DNA from: Candidatus Bathyarchaeota archaeon | GTDB lineage: Archaea > Thermoproteota > Bathyarchaeia > Bathyarchaeales > Bathycorpusculaceae | DNA length: 64,000 bases | Assembly (NCBI GenBank): GCA_963827165.1 | Contig: CAWGZR010000010.1 | Location: 224,001 to 288,000, forward strand | Direction of reading: 5' to 3' | Part shown: positions 20,810 to 31,274 of the stretch, one piece after another | Layout: each line of letters begins with the position of its first letter | How positions within the stretch are numbered: the stretch's first letter is position 1 | Notes under the pieces: generated by a model | What the model was told of the DNA's origin: nothing | What the model saw: only the letters and a program-made list of their open reading frames with translations | Databases searched by the model: none | Made by a program: the position numbers and the translations under genes

Positions 20810-21040
20810 GCATCAATCTTCCTGTTTCACGGTCAACCGCGGTTTCTTATCTTTGGGTAATGCGTAACTTGTTTCCTTGTTAATAACCGTTTTTGCTTCT
20901 AAACGTTGCAAGGTGGTATGATTTTGGTTACTTTTGAAACAGGTAGAGGCTTAGGTATGGTAGATAATCTCGGGATTTTTTCTTTGCGTTTTGCGTTGCT
21001 TTTCTTGTTTGGGACTTGGATTGTTTGTAGGTTGAGTCTT

Positions 21041-21080
21041 AAAATCTCTATAAATCTCCTTAAATCTCTATGAATCTCTC
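21041..21080. repeat. Four imperfect 10-bp tandem repeats (AATCTC core)
   Basis: AAAATCTCTA TAAATCTCCT TAAATCTCTA TGAATCTCTC. Confidence 0.6.
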
Positions 21081-21201
21081 TCCTCCCAAAGCCGACATGG
21101 CACAAAATTTTCCTCAACTCTTTTGAAAAATCATTATCAAACTTAAGGAGAAAACCTCCGGAATTTCGATTGAAACGGAGGACAAAAATTTTGGTTGAAG
21201 A

Positions 21202-22053
21202 CTAAGCTTGACTATTGAATGGGTAAACTCTATTTGTTTCTAAATATCTCAACGATTCAACGGTTTTCTTTATTGTTTCGGTTTCAAATACGACTTCGGG
21301 GTTAACTTCGTATTTCTCGACGGTTTCTGTTAACGCAAGCCAATTGATATTTCCGCAGCCTATCTGCAGGTGCTGATCCGACTCGCCCATGTTGTCGCTT
21401 AAATGCATATAAGGAATTTGTTTTCCCAGTTTTGCCACCCATTCGTCCATGCACACTTTCGAGAAAGCATTTACGTGCCCTGTGTCCAAGCAGACTTTTA
21501 GGCGAGGCATGTTTACCTCCTTTAGTAGTGCATTAAAAATTTCGGGTGAAAACTCCCAAAAATTCTCCAGAAGTACTGTAGTCTCGTAGCTCTCGAGAAC
21601 TTTTCGCCAGAAATCGGCGTTTCTTGCGATCCAATTGCTTTTGTAGAGTTCGCCATAGACGAAGGGGTTGAAGTTTGCGTGGAAAACCACGTATTTGGCG
21701 TTGAGGAATTGGGCAATTTCCATATTCCTGAGTATTCGCTGTTTTGAGACCTTGGCTATTTTGCTGTCATTGCTGTGTACGCAGATATCCTGGAAGACAC
21801 CATGAACCGACACTTTGCCTTTGAACGTTGATAGTGCTCGTTGATGCCCCCTCACGAGGCTGCGCCAATTACTGTCTAACGCGTTAGCGTAGGCAAAGGT
21901 TCCCAGTTCAAGGTTGCAGTCGTTTGCTTCGGCAAATCTTAGAAAATCATCAAAACAATACTCAGAATGCTCTGCTATGCCTTGGCTCTTCCAAATTCTA
22001 GGCTGCACATATATAATTGACACTTTAATTTTCCCACGTTTGAATCTACACAA
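21202..22053 (-). CDS. Sugar phosphate isomerase/epimerase (AP endonuclease 2 / xylose isomerase-like TIM barrel)
   Basis: VVFH, LLEN, CLDTGH, HLSDNMG..DQHL..G.G.I. Confidence 0.8.
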   Translation of the reverse strand: MCRFKRGKIKVSIIYVQPRIWKSQGIAEHSEYCFDDFLRFAEANDCNLELGTFAYANALDSNWRSLVRGHQRALSTFKGKVSVHGVFQDICVHSNDSKIAKVSKQRILRNMEIAQFLNAKYVVFHANFNPFVYGELYKSNWIARNADFWRKVLESYETTVLLENFWEFSPEIFNALLKEVNMPRLKVCLDTGHVNAFSKVCMDEWVAKLGKQIPYMHLSDNMGESDQHLQIGCGNINWLALTETVEKYEVNPEVVFETETIKKTVESLRYLETNRVYPFNSQA

Positions 22054-22558
22054 TCCCTTATCTGCTTATCGCCCACGCGCTGCATTGCTAAACATAATCT
22101 TCGAGGGTCTTATTATTTCCACGAATAAGTTAACTTGGTTTGAATCAATATGCCCATGATCTTTAGAAGTTGGGGTTTACTTTCTTGTTCCATATGAAAG
22201 CCGATGACTATGTCATTTAACCCTTATTCATTGGAAAACTTCGCTTCTGTCGATTCATAGAAGGCATTTTTTTTAAAGTGCAAATAACTTTGAAAGGTTC
22301 GCGCTGAATTTTCGGTAGCTCAGTTCGAAAATATTCGCCTTATACATTCATGAGGCGAGACTAAAAAGCAAGGTTGGTTCTAATTCAAAATATTCTGGCG
22401 AGGGCGTTACTGAAAGACTGGATTTCCAATCTAAAATACACACAAAACTATCTCTGGCAAAGAAGACAAAGACCCTGATCATCATGCCTCAGGTAGATTT
22501 GAAAAAAACTTAAAAAAAAATTAAAAAAAGGGAAATAGTTGTTGTTTTTGCCTTTAGT

Positions 22559-25338
22559 TTACGGGTGTTTTCTTGTGACGAGGAGTGCTAGTACTGCGCC
22601 GATTATAACGATGACGATGATGATTGCGATGCCTAAGTATTCAAGTGTGGCTTGTGTTGCGATGCCGCTGAGAGGTGTCGCTGTTGGCACCGCTGTTGCT
22701 GCTGGTGTGCCTGCATAGAAGAATGTTGATGATGATGATGAGTAGTATGCGTCTGTGCCTGGGAATGTTGCGTAGACTGTGTAGTTGCCTGCGATGTCTG
22801 GTTTCCATGTCAAGCCGTAGTCGCCTAAAGCGTTGGTTGTTGTTGTGCCGATTACGCGGTAGTTATTGTTGCTGTCTAAGACTGATAATGTGACTGGTAC
22901 TCCGGTTGCGTTGTGTGGCATTGGCTGCTGCATATATACTGCTGCCATAAACTGTGACATGCTGGCATCGGAAACGCATGGTAATCCGTTGGGGAAGTTT
23001 AATGCTACTGCAGCTTGGGATGCGCCTGCAGAAATGTCTGTGACTGAGCCAGTTATGGTTATGGGTGTAGATGTTGTTACGCCAGTTTCTGGTGCGGAAA
23101 TTGTTGTTTTGCTTGGTCCTTGCCCGTAAGCATATACTTGGTTGTCGTAGGCGTTTAGTGTTGTCATTATACCGTAGGCTAATTCAGGGTTCGAATCAAC
23201 GTCCATAGATGGAATGCTCCAGATTAGTTTTCCAGTCGTTGTGTTTAGGGCTAACAGTTGCGCTCCGATGAATAGTGGTGGAGCATATTCGTGACCTTCT
23301 TCAAGGAATTCTACTCCGCCGCCTCCGCCGATGCCGGTTTGTACCCAAATAGGCCATACGTTGTATGGAGTGTTAAAGCCTGCTGCACCGGTGAGTTGGG
23401 TGGTGTTGGTGTACCAATTGAGTTTGCCGGTTGCTATGTCAAGTGACCAGGCGTCGCCACCGAAGCCGAAGAGAAGGAAGCTGTTGCCGTAGACGCTCCC
23501 TTTGATTCCGCCGACTGTGTCGTATGGTTGGATGTTTGCGCCGTTGGCACCTGTAAGCGTTGTTTGCCATACTAGGTTTCCTGTCTGAGTACTGTAAGCA
23601 GTGACTTGGCCTGTTTCTTTGATGACTGTCGTAAAGACGCCGTCGCCGACGTTGCCATAGTTGTCTAAGTTGTCTGCTGCGTAAGGTGTGAGGGTTATGT
23701 TTTTCTCAAAAAGCATGTTGCCTGTCGTTAAGGAGTAGCCAGTGAAGATTGTGTAGCCTGTCGTGAAGTAGTTTGTAAGCCCGAAGTTAGCTGCTGAATA
23801 AAGAAGGGCTACGCCGCTGTTACATCCAATAATAGTCCAAGTGTTTGGCAGCGTTCCAACGTTTCCATCAGCTGGAACGGGTACTGTACCTGGGAGTTGC
23901 CATGCTGATTGTATTCCGTATGAGAACGAAAGCACTCCGTCTTGTGGGGGTCTCCATTGCCAACCTGAGGCTGATGAAGCCCAATTTCCGTTTGCAAGTT
24001 CGATGCATTGTGTTGAGTTCCATGCTTCAAGTAGCGTGTTACCTGCGGTTAAAGAGACTTTTGTGGGTGATGGTCCGACGTTAGGTATCATTACATGCGG
24101 GTTATAGTATGTTTGTGTGCCGACTGTTGTGTTGGTGTAATATGAACCAGGTCTCCACCTTGGTCGACGGTGAGTCCGTAGCTGAAGCCTGTGCCGTTTA
24201 CAATGCTCAATATGTATTTTCCAGTCATCGCGTCAAACATGTTCAAGCATGTTCCAGTTGATACGATTCCAGCAGGTGTTCCAGATTCCCAAAGGTATGG
24301 GATGCCTCCGTACTGGTTGGGTGATACGTAGTCAAGTACTTGTCCGCATGAAAAGGGCATGACTATACCAGCTGATGTTAAAGCAGTCTGTTGTGGAGAA
24401 CCGCCGCCATAGTTGCTGCTGTCGTCTGTCCAAACAGTTTGCCCAGTGTATAGGTCGATGCAAATGTTTGCGACTGGGGTAGTCGAGCTTCCTGGAAACT
24501 CTGTGTAGAAGAGGTAGCCGTTGATGACTATTGGGTCGTATTTGCGTTCGTACTGGGATGTTGAGTAGTAGTTACCATAGGTGGTTGTTCCGCCTGCGTC
24601 TCCGCCGATGGCGCCTCCGTAGGCGACTGGTCTTGTCCAAATGATGTGTGAACTCATTGGTGCTGTTGAGTATGGGTTAAAGTTTGTCGTGGTATTGTAG
24701 TTTCCGGCGCCTTTTCCCGCACTATAACCAGTGTAGAGAGAAAGGTATGGACCGCCGAGAACGTACCAATTTTGGACATTCATTGCGTTAATTGGGGTCT
24801 GCCAGTAGCTGGTTGGAAGCGGGGTTGCTGGGATTGATCCGACTGGACTTTGCTGCACGTCGAGTGTTGCAATGTTGCTGGTTGCGGGCAAAATTGTGTC
24901 GTTGACGTATGCATTGGTGCTGGGTGCTACGTAGGTATTGTAGGTTGAGCCTGTTAGATTTTCGCCTGGGAAATACATCTGGAATGTGTAGACACCGACT
25001 TGAGTAGGTGTAAACTGGGTGGATGTTCCGCCTGTGTCGTCAGAGATGAATGGACCCAGCGTTTCATTTTGTCCGTTGGGTTCAGTTACCGTGACTTTCA
25101 TGCCGCCGAATCTGTCACCATAGGGACCACTTGCCGTCATTGGAGGTTGGTTGAGCCAGAAGCCGACCGTGGCAGTTTGTCCTAACCCGATGGGACTTGG
25201 ACCGACGTTGCAGAAAGCGAAGAACTGAATCTGCCAAGCGGGGGTGTGAGCGTTAGCATTGGGCAATATCGTAACCATTGAAAGAGCGAAGAATATAGCT
25301 ATAGCAATTGCTAGAGATTTCTTTTTACTAATAATCAT
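22559..25338 (-). CDS. Large PQQ-like beta-propeller cell-surface protein (frameshift near 24100)
   Basis: Signal peptide, repeated TGxxxW motifs, NAYDNQVYAYGQGPSKTT, C-terminal TM anchor; split into 24091-25338 and 22559-24091. Confidence 0.8.
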
Positions 25339-25572
25339 TTCTTTTTTCTCCTATTTTTTTGTTTGAAAACGAGAGCCAAAAGGCCTCGTTATGAACTAAT
25401 GTTTTCTAAAACTTCTCTTATAAACTTTTTTCAGCTCAAATTTTAAAGAACGCTGTGTCGAGCATTGTATCTATAGGCATTTTTCAATGCAGTCACAGTA
25501 TTCAACGCATAACTAGCCTAAAACGTTAGAAATAAAAAGTTTTAACAAGAGGGAAAAAAGCCCGATTTTATG

Positions 25573-27003
25573 CTATTCGCCTAGGATTCGTCGGAAGGCT
25601 GGATACATTTCCGCGGCGCGTTCTTGCATTAGCAGTTCATAGTATTGGTAGATTATGCCCACTGACAGCAGTATACCTGTTCCTGTACCGAAGGTGCCGA
25701 AGAAATCTGCGCTTGCAGCTACGAGCCCCACGATGATTCCTCCGAGCACTGTAACTACGGGGATGTAGCGTTTAAGGACGGCTTCGATGGGTTTTCCTGA
25801 TCTGCGGTACCCTGGGATTTGCATGCCTGAATCCATGAGTTGCTGTGCAACTTTTGATGGGCCTAAGCCGCCGACTTCGAGCCAAATTAGGGAGAAGACA
25901 GCGCAGAAGGCCACAAGAATCCCTAGGTAGGCAGCGGCTCTTATTGGAGCAAGTGCAACTTGTTGTATGTTGGCTGGCGCTGTTACAAGCCATGCGAGCC
26001 CTCCGACTGGTGCAACGCTTGTGCTTCCTGTTGATGGGTTAACCGTTGCGTTGAATTGCCCCAGTAGTGAGAATAGCAGATTGTGTGCGGAGGGTGGGGG
26101 GCTGCCCATTTGGCTCCAGAGCAGCTGTGTGAAGAAATAAACGTTTGCAAAGAGGGCTGATGCAAAGATTACAGGTAAGTTTGAAACATATAGCAGTTTA
26201 ATTGGGTATCTGCTTCGGAAGCCCTTGTATCCTGCGTAGCTCATCGGAAGCTCGATTCTCACGCCGTTTAGGTAGATAACTACTAGGAAGGCAGCTATTG
26301 TGGCGAAGAATCCGATTAGAGAGGGGTATACGCCTGAAGATGAGCCGACTATCCAAGTCACTAGATTCATGCCGTGACGTAAATAAGCGTCTAGTGATCC
26401 AACAAATAATCCTGTGGCGGGCGAAAACATATCCCAAACTACTGATTGAGCGACACCTGCCATGATGAAGAGGCTGATTCCGCTGCCTAGACCCCAGCCT
26501 TTCTGGATGAGTTCGTCCATAAGCATGACCATGAGTCCTGCGGTGAGAAGCTGGAAAAAGATAATCAGTGCAGTTGACCCTGCGAGGGAGCCGAACATGC
26601 CGCTTATGATGTATGCGGCTGCTTGGATTCCTGTAAGGGCGATGCTGAATACTTTGCTCGCGGAGGTGAATAGTCCCCTGTCCTCCGAGTTGGACATGTC
26701 ACATTGAATGATTGAGGAACCTGCGAGTAACTGCAGAATCAAACCAGCTGTAACGATAGGTCCAATGCCCAGCTGCATCAAGGTTCCGTTATTAGAAGCA
26801 AAGATAACTCTTAATTGACTAAATGAACTTGAAACTGATGAGGAAATCCCGTAAAGCGGGATTTGAGACATAACTAGGAAAATGACTAGGGTAAGGCCGG
26901 TCCAGAAGATTTTTTCATTGAAACTTACTTTTCGCTCGGGCTTCTTGATTTCAGGCAGAACTCTTCCAATTGGCTTGAAGAGGCTGAGGAATCTTCCGGG
27001 CAT
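25573..27003 (-). CDS. secY: Preprotein translocase subunit SecY
   Basis: LGIGPIVTAG, KGWGLGSGISLFI, YPIKLLYVSN, QIPGYR, GTGILL. Confidence 0.97.
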   Translation of the reverse strand: MPGRFLSLFKPIGRVLPEIKKPERKVSFNEKIFWTGLTLVIFLVMSQIPLYGISSSVSSSFSQLRVIFASNNGTLMQLGIGPIVTAGLILQLLAGSSIIQCDMSNSEDRGLFTSASKVFSIALTGIQAAAYIISGMFGSLAGSTALIIFFQLLTAGLMVMLMDELIQKGWGLGSGISLFIMAGVAQSVVWDMFSPATGLFVGSLDAYLRHGMNLVTWIVGSSSGVYPSLIGFFATIAAFLVVIYLNGVRIELPMSYAGYKGFRSRYPIKLLYVSNLPVIFASALFANVYFFTQLLWSQMGSPPPSAHNLLFSLLGQFNATVNPSTGSTSVAPVGGLAWLVTAPANIQQVALAPIRAAAYLGILVAFCAVFSLIWLEVGGLGPSKVAQQLMDSGMQIPGYRRSGKPIEAVLKRYIPVVTVLGGIIVGLVAASADFFGTFGTGTGILLSVGIIYQYYELLMQERAAEMYPAFRRILGE

Positions 27004-27012
27004 TTAGCAGCT

Positions 27013-27426
27013 TTACTCTCCGTTGACTGGGGAGCCGACTATTTCTCCGCCTGCTTTTTTGATTTTGTCAGCTGCTGCTTTAGAGAAAAAGGGTACCTGC
27101 ACGGTCAAAGCCTTCGTGATTTTGCCCGAACCTAAAAGTTTTGTGTAACCTAATGCTGATAGATCAATCCGCTGGTTTGCTTGGGCTAATTCTTCAAGTT
27201 TCTTGAGGTTAATCGGGTTCACCCGTGTATGAAGGCTTTTAGGTGAAACGAAGCCGGTTTTTCCGAAGTATTCAGGTTCATGAGTTACAACCCAGCTCCA
27301 CAAATGCTTGTGTCGTCCAACTTTTCTGTGCCCTTTAGACCCAGAGTCTCGGTGCTGGCCTATTCTACCGTAGCCTACCGTTCTTGAGCCCCTAAATTTC
27401 CGTATTTTTCTAAGTTTATGCGGCAT
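27013..27426 (-). CDS. rpl15: 50S ribosomal protein uL15
   Basis: RGSRTVGYG..HR..G, FGKTGF, KLLGSG, KIKKAGG; ATG 27426. Confidence 0.92.
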   Translation of the reverse strand: MPHKLRKIRKFRGSRTVGYGRIGQHRDSGSKGHRKVGRHKHLWSWVVTHEPEYFGKTGFVSPKSLHTRVNPINLKKLEELAQANQRIDLSALGYTKLLGSGKITKALTVQVPFFSKAAADKIKKAGGEIVGSPVNGE

Positions 27427-27907
27427 TTTGGTCAGCTTCTTTGTCAATTGCTGTCTCTGCTTTTCGCAGTTTTATTTCGAGCACACCATTCTTGAATTTG
27501 GTGTACATGACGTCTGGAATCACTAACTTCGGCAGATTTAAACTTTTATAGTATCTTCGATCTTTTGATTTTGCCGACAACGTGATTTTCTGGTCTTTCA
27601 CATGAATTTTAAGGGTATCCTTATTAAACCCTGTGATTTCGGCTACGACTGTTATGAAGTTGTTTTCTTGGAAAATGTCAATTAATGGCTTTTGCTCTTG
27701 GAATTTTCGTTCGCTGAAGTTTTTGGATGGCCGAAAGCTTGCGGGAACAGATATGGATTTTAATCGGTAAGCGTGTTCGGGTCGAACCGTTTTCGATTTG
27801 CCGGTTTTAGATGGTTGGTCGTTAAAATCTAGCCACTTACGGTTTTTTGCGCTTCTACGCCATTTTGCACTCGTGTCTTTCCCCCTCCAATACCTAACGG
27901 ATTTCAA
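27416..27907 (-). CDS. Hsp20/alpha-crystallin family protein overlapping the uL15 start
   Basis: PLIDIFQE..VVAEITG..YYKSLNLP..FKNGVLEIKL. Confidence 0.8.
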   Translation of the reverse strand: MKSVRYWRGKDTSAKWRRSAKNRKWLDFNDQPSKTGKSKTVRPEHAYRLKSISVPASFRPSKNFSERKFQEQKPLIDIFQENNFITVVAEITGFNKDTLKIHVKDQKITLSAKSKDRRYYKSLNLPKLVIPDVMYTKFKNGVLEIKLRKAETAIDKEADQNAA

Positions 27908-28761
27908 ACTCGTAACTATAAAATGTATCGCACATAAAAGATGAATAAACGCGGCTTTTCAAAGAGGGAGTTTTATGTCAAAAATAGCCACTGTGGAAAA
28001 TGGAGCTTGGTTTTAAGGTCAGCCTTGGCTTTTTCTTACGCTTCTTTGACAGCTTTTGAGCTTTTCTGGTCATCTGCCGTCGCACATTTCTTAATTGAAA
28101 TGTTTGGTTTTGTGAATGATGCGACTTTCGTGAAAACTTTTTGTGTTTTGAGTTGCTTCCTTGGAATAAAGCTTGGATTGGCAGCAACAGTTCTCTAAAA
28201 AAATCTTAGAAACATCTAAATTCATCTGAAAAGTTCAAAAAAAACTGAAAAAGATCCGAGTTAATAGCAAATAAAAACCGAAAAAAGCTAATAGAAGTCC
28301 CAGTTGACCAAGGCTTCACGATTTCAGGGTGTAGAAATTTTTCTCGGTACTGTGTTTTTTTGGTTTGGAACCAGAAAGGGTTTGCAGGTTGCGACTTTTG
28401 AAGCAGTGTTCCTCTTTATTGTCTCTTGATGCTGTTTTGGTAGTTTCCAGCAGGCATACAGACACCTTTGTTGAAGCAGAGAGATTGTGCTTTCTTATTC
28501 GGATAAGATTAACTTTTCTCGTTTAGTTCTTTCTGCAATTGATCCAAATTGGCTTGAGTGCTACGAAAGATAGTGGAGTGAATATTCAACAATTTATCTG
28601 GTTACACCGACGTCCTGAAATTGGATAAAGTTAGTTGCCGTCTTCTTTTCTCCATCAACTAGTTTTTTAGCTACGCTTCGTCTATACAATTTATGGTGTA
28701 TATTTTGAAAAACCTGACCTCAGACACATTTTTTTCATGTAGGGCAGTTGAAGCGTATGTT

Positions 28762-28860
28762 TTGCCCGAAGAGCCGCCCACTCCTTTTCCTCAGCCGAAT
28801 CCTGAACCAGAACCGGAACCTGATCCTCAACCGGGACCGAAGCCAGAAGGGAGTCTTTAA
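28762..28860 (+). CDS. Putative 32-aa Pro/Glu-rich peptide
   Basis: TTG start, MPEEPPTPFPQPNPEPEPEPDPQPGPKPEGSL-TAA; Pro codons vary (CCG/CCC/CCT/CCA). Confidence 0.4.
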   Translation: MPEEPPTPFPQPNPEPEPEPDPQPGPKPEGSL

Positions 28861-28930
28861 GACTCTTGCAAAGAATTAACTGAAGGAAGTTTAAAAGAAA
28901 TTAATAAAAAAATTTGATTTAAGTGGGGAC

Positions 28931-29419
28931 TTAAATCATGCGTTTTACTAGGTCGTTTATTTTTTCTCCGCGGTACCCTGCTTCGCCGCCCGCGTTGAAG
29001 CTTTTCTTGGTTTTTCCTTTGTATCCTTTGCTTGGCGGATGAAATCTGAACACGGGCTGTGTATCTGGCAATTTTTGGTAAGCGACTTTGCAGTTTATGA
29101 TGGCTTCGGCGAGGTCGTCGAATGATTTGTAGCCTTGTTTTTGGATGTATTCTTCTGTGAGTTTTTTTCCGCCTACCAATTTGGCGCGTTTCTGCAGCAT
29201 CGCCGAGACGATTTCTTTTGTGGGTTCGCCGTAAGTTACGTAGTTGTTTACGCGTTGTAGCATTCCAAGGTAGGCTGGTCGGCTGTCGAGGAGCAATGCG
29301 TGGTTAGTGTGGTTTAAATGCAGGAGTTCAAGAGTTTCGCGTGCTTCTTTTTGGGCGCTTACTGTTCCTCGGACACGAACGGCTACGAGGCATTTGCAAT
29401 CTTCGGTTTTCTGTGCCAT
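28931..29419 (-). CDS. rpl30: 50S ribosomal protein uL30
   Basis: AVRVRG, YVTYGE, FRFHPPSKG, GYRGEKIN. Confidence 0.95.
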   Translation of the reverse strand: MAQKTEDCKCLVAVRVRGTVSAQKEARETLELLHLNHTNHALLLDSRPAYLGMLQRVNNYVTYGEPTKEIVSAMLQKRAKLVGGKKLTEEYIQKQGYKSFDDLAEAIINCKVAYQKLPDTQPVFRFHPPSKGYKGKTKKSFNAGGEAGYRGEKINDLVKRMI

Positions 29420-29420
29420 T

Positions 29421-30071
29421 TTACCGCACCCAATCCACTTGAGTGATCAAGTAGTATGTTTTCTTTAGACCGTCGAAGATTGCGCATGCGTAAGAGGGCA
29501 CTGTTCTTGTTGAACCATAACTTCTCATCCAGAGATCTTTCACTCCTGCTAAGCCCAAGATGACCTTGGCTACTTCGCTTGAAACCAAACCTAGGCCTCT
29601 TGGTCCCGGAACAATGACAACTCGGACGCCGCCGCATTTTCCTTCGACTTGGAATGGTACTGAATGTGGTTTGCCGCATCCGCATTCCCAACTGCCGCAT
29701 CCACGTTTAACGGGGATAATGTTTAGGCGGGCGTTAGCTGCTGCTTTTTCAATGGCGTTTCGCACTTGACTGGCTTTTCCTGAGCCTAAGCCGATGTAAC
29801 CGTCTCGGTTTCCAACTGCAACGATGGCTTTGAACCGGGATTTTTCGCCGGCGTCAGTTTGTTTCTGTACCAAGTTAACGTTTATGACTTCTTCTTGCAA
29901 GTCAGGAATCAGGGAATCGACGATTTGGGCTTCTGAAATTTTTATGCCACTTAGGAAAACGTCTTCTATGGTTGTTATTTTGCCTTCCTGGATCATTTTG
30001 CCCAAACGGGTTTTCGGTACCCATGCTTCCAAGTTACTTTGTCTATTATCTCGCCTTTGCGTTTGACTCAT
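29421..30071 (-). CDS. rps5: 30S ribosomal protein uS5
   Basis: WVPKTRLG, VQKQTDAGE, RGCGSWEC, PGPRGLG. Confidence 0.97.
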   Translation of the reverse strand: MSQTQRRDNRQSNLEAWVPKTRLGKMIQEGKITTIEDVFLSGIKISEAQIVDSLIPDLQEEVINVNLVQKQTDAGEKSRFKAIVAVGNRDGYIGLGSGKASQVRNAIEKAAANARLNIIPVKRGCGSWECGCGKPHSVPFQVEGKCGGVRVVIVPGPRGLGLVSSEVAKVILGLAGVKDLWMRSYGSTRTVPSYACAIFDGLKKTYYLITQVDWVR

Positions 30072-30817
30072 TCTTTCTTTCCACCTTTTTTACTTGCCTT
30101 CGCCTTTTCTTTGGGTGCCTTCGCAGCTTTTTCTTTCACCGCTTTTGGAGCTTTTTCCTTTGGCGCTTTAGCCGCAGTCTTTTTCGGAACCTCTTCAGCT
30201 TTATTTTCGGTTTCAGCCGCGGGCTTGCCGCCTTTAAAGACCGCTGTTATTTCGCCCTTGACTTTGGTGAAGTGCTCTGGCAGCTTCTCTGGAGCAACAC
30301 CTTGAGCGATGTACTTTGAGAATTTTGCGTTGTACTCTTCCGATCCGACGCCTAAACTTTTGGCGTATTTAGCTATATGTTCGCCTTTCATTCGTTCCTT
30401 GACGATTTTCTCTTCACTGTGAGGTACATCCACGCCGGCGTCCACAACTCCGCTCATGGCGGCGAAAACTTTAGCGCCCTTGGTTGGAGCAATCAAACCG
30501 ATGTCTAAAATGGCTTCTTTTATGCCTTTGGCTTTCGCCTTTAAGCCGCAAAGATAGCCAGTCAGGTAGGCTGATGAAATGTTGCCGGTTGGAGCTTTCC
30601 ACCCATAGGTTTTGCCGAGTTCACGGCTATTTGCTGCCGCTAACACTTCGTCACCAGAAGGTTTAGCAATCGCTATCTGCACGGTGATGTTTTTCAGTGA
30701 AGCGCGTGTTATAAGCCGTGGCTTTTTAGAAGTCACTAGAGCTTTACGTGCTTGGTAGTCGGTTTTTCCTTCTCGTCTACGCCTAAGTTTTACTCGGTAA
30801 TGACCGTTTGTCGCCAA
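30068..30817 (-). CDS. rpl18: 50S ribosomal protein uL18 with K/A/E-rich tail
   Basis: RRRREGKTDY, AYLTG, LDIGL. Confidence 0.95.
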   Translation of the reverse strand: MATNGHYRVKLRRRREGKTDYQARKALVTSKKPRLITRASLKNITVQIAIAKPSGDEVLAAANSRELGKTYGWKAPTGNISSAYLTGYLCGLKAKAKGIKEAILDIGLIAPTKGAKVFAAMSGVVDAGVDVPHSEEKIVKERMKGEHIAKYAKSLGVGSEEYNAKFSKYIAQGVAPEKLPEHFTKVKGEITAVFKGGKPAAETENKAEEVPKKTAAKAPKEKAPKAVKEKAAKAPKEKAKASKKGGKKE

Positions 30818-30818
30818 C

Positions 30819-31274
30819 TTAACGTTTCCTCCATAAATCGTTTGCTTTTAGGTTGCGTTCCAACTCCGCTATTGACTGGAATCTTCCGCTGCCAGCCATT
30901 CGGTAATATTGGGTGTATGTATCTTCTGTTATAGTTCTGGCGGCTTTTAACTCGCGGAGCTTCCGTCTAAGAGAGCGTATCCTGATCATCCAAGCCTCTT
31001 TCTTAGTAACTTTTGCGTGGGCAGCTCCAGTTATGCTGCCAGGTCCGCTTCGCCTGCCCTTGACTTTTTTGGCTCGAATAACTTTCGCTCTTGAACGACT
31101 TACGCCTTTCTCAGGCAGAGAAATGATGACTCGCTCGTGAATCAGCTTTCTAACTTCTTCGCGTGTAATTGCGCTTTCAACATCATCCATGAATTCTGGG
31201 TTAATCCAAACGCGGTTTCGCCCAATCTTTAGGATTTGAGATGCTAAACGCCTTTGACTGGTCAGGTTAGTCAT
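30819..31274 (-). CDS. rpl19e: 50S ribosomal protein eL19
   Basis: QRRLAS..G.NRVWI, AITREEVRKLI, GRRSGPGS. Confidence 0.95.
   Translation of the reverse strand: MTNLTSQRRLASQILKIGRNRVWINPEFMDDVESAITREEVRKLIHERVIISLPEKGVSRSRAKVIRAKKVKGRRSGPGSITGAAHAKVTKKEAWMIRIRSLRRKLRELKAARTITEDTYTQYYRMAGSGRFQSIAELERNLKANDLWRKR

Noticed and set aside
21155-21181. Hairpin CCTCCG..CGGAGG containing ATTGAAAC, like a CRISPR repeat end
   Set aside because: Single copy, no spacers, no cas genes
22170-22240. ORB-like sequences (TTCCATATGAAA; reverse TTCCAATGAATAAGGG) suggesting a replication origin
   Set aside because: Weak matches, no cdc6/orc1 in the window
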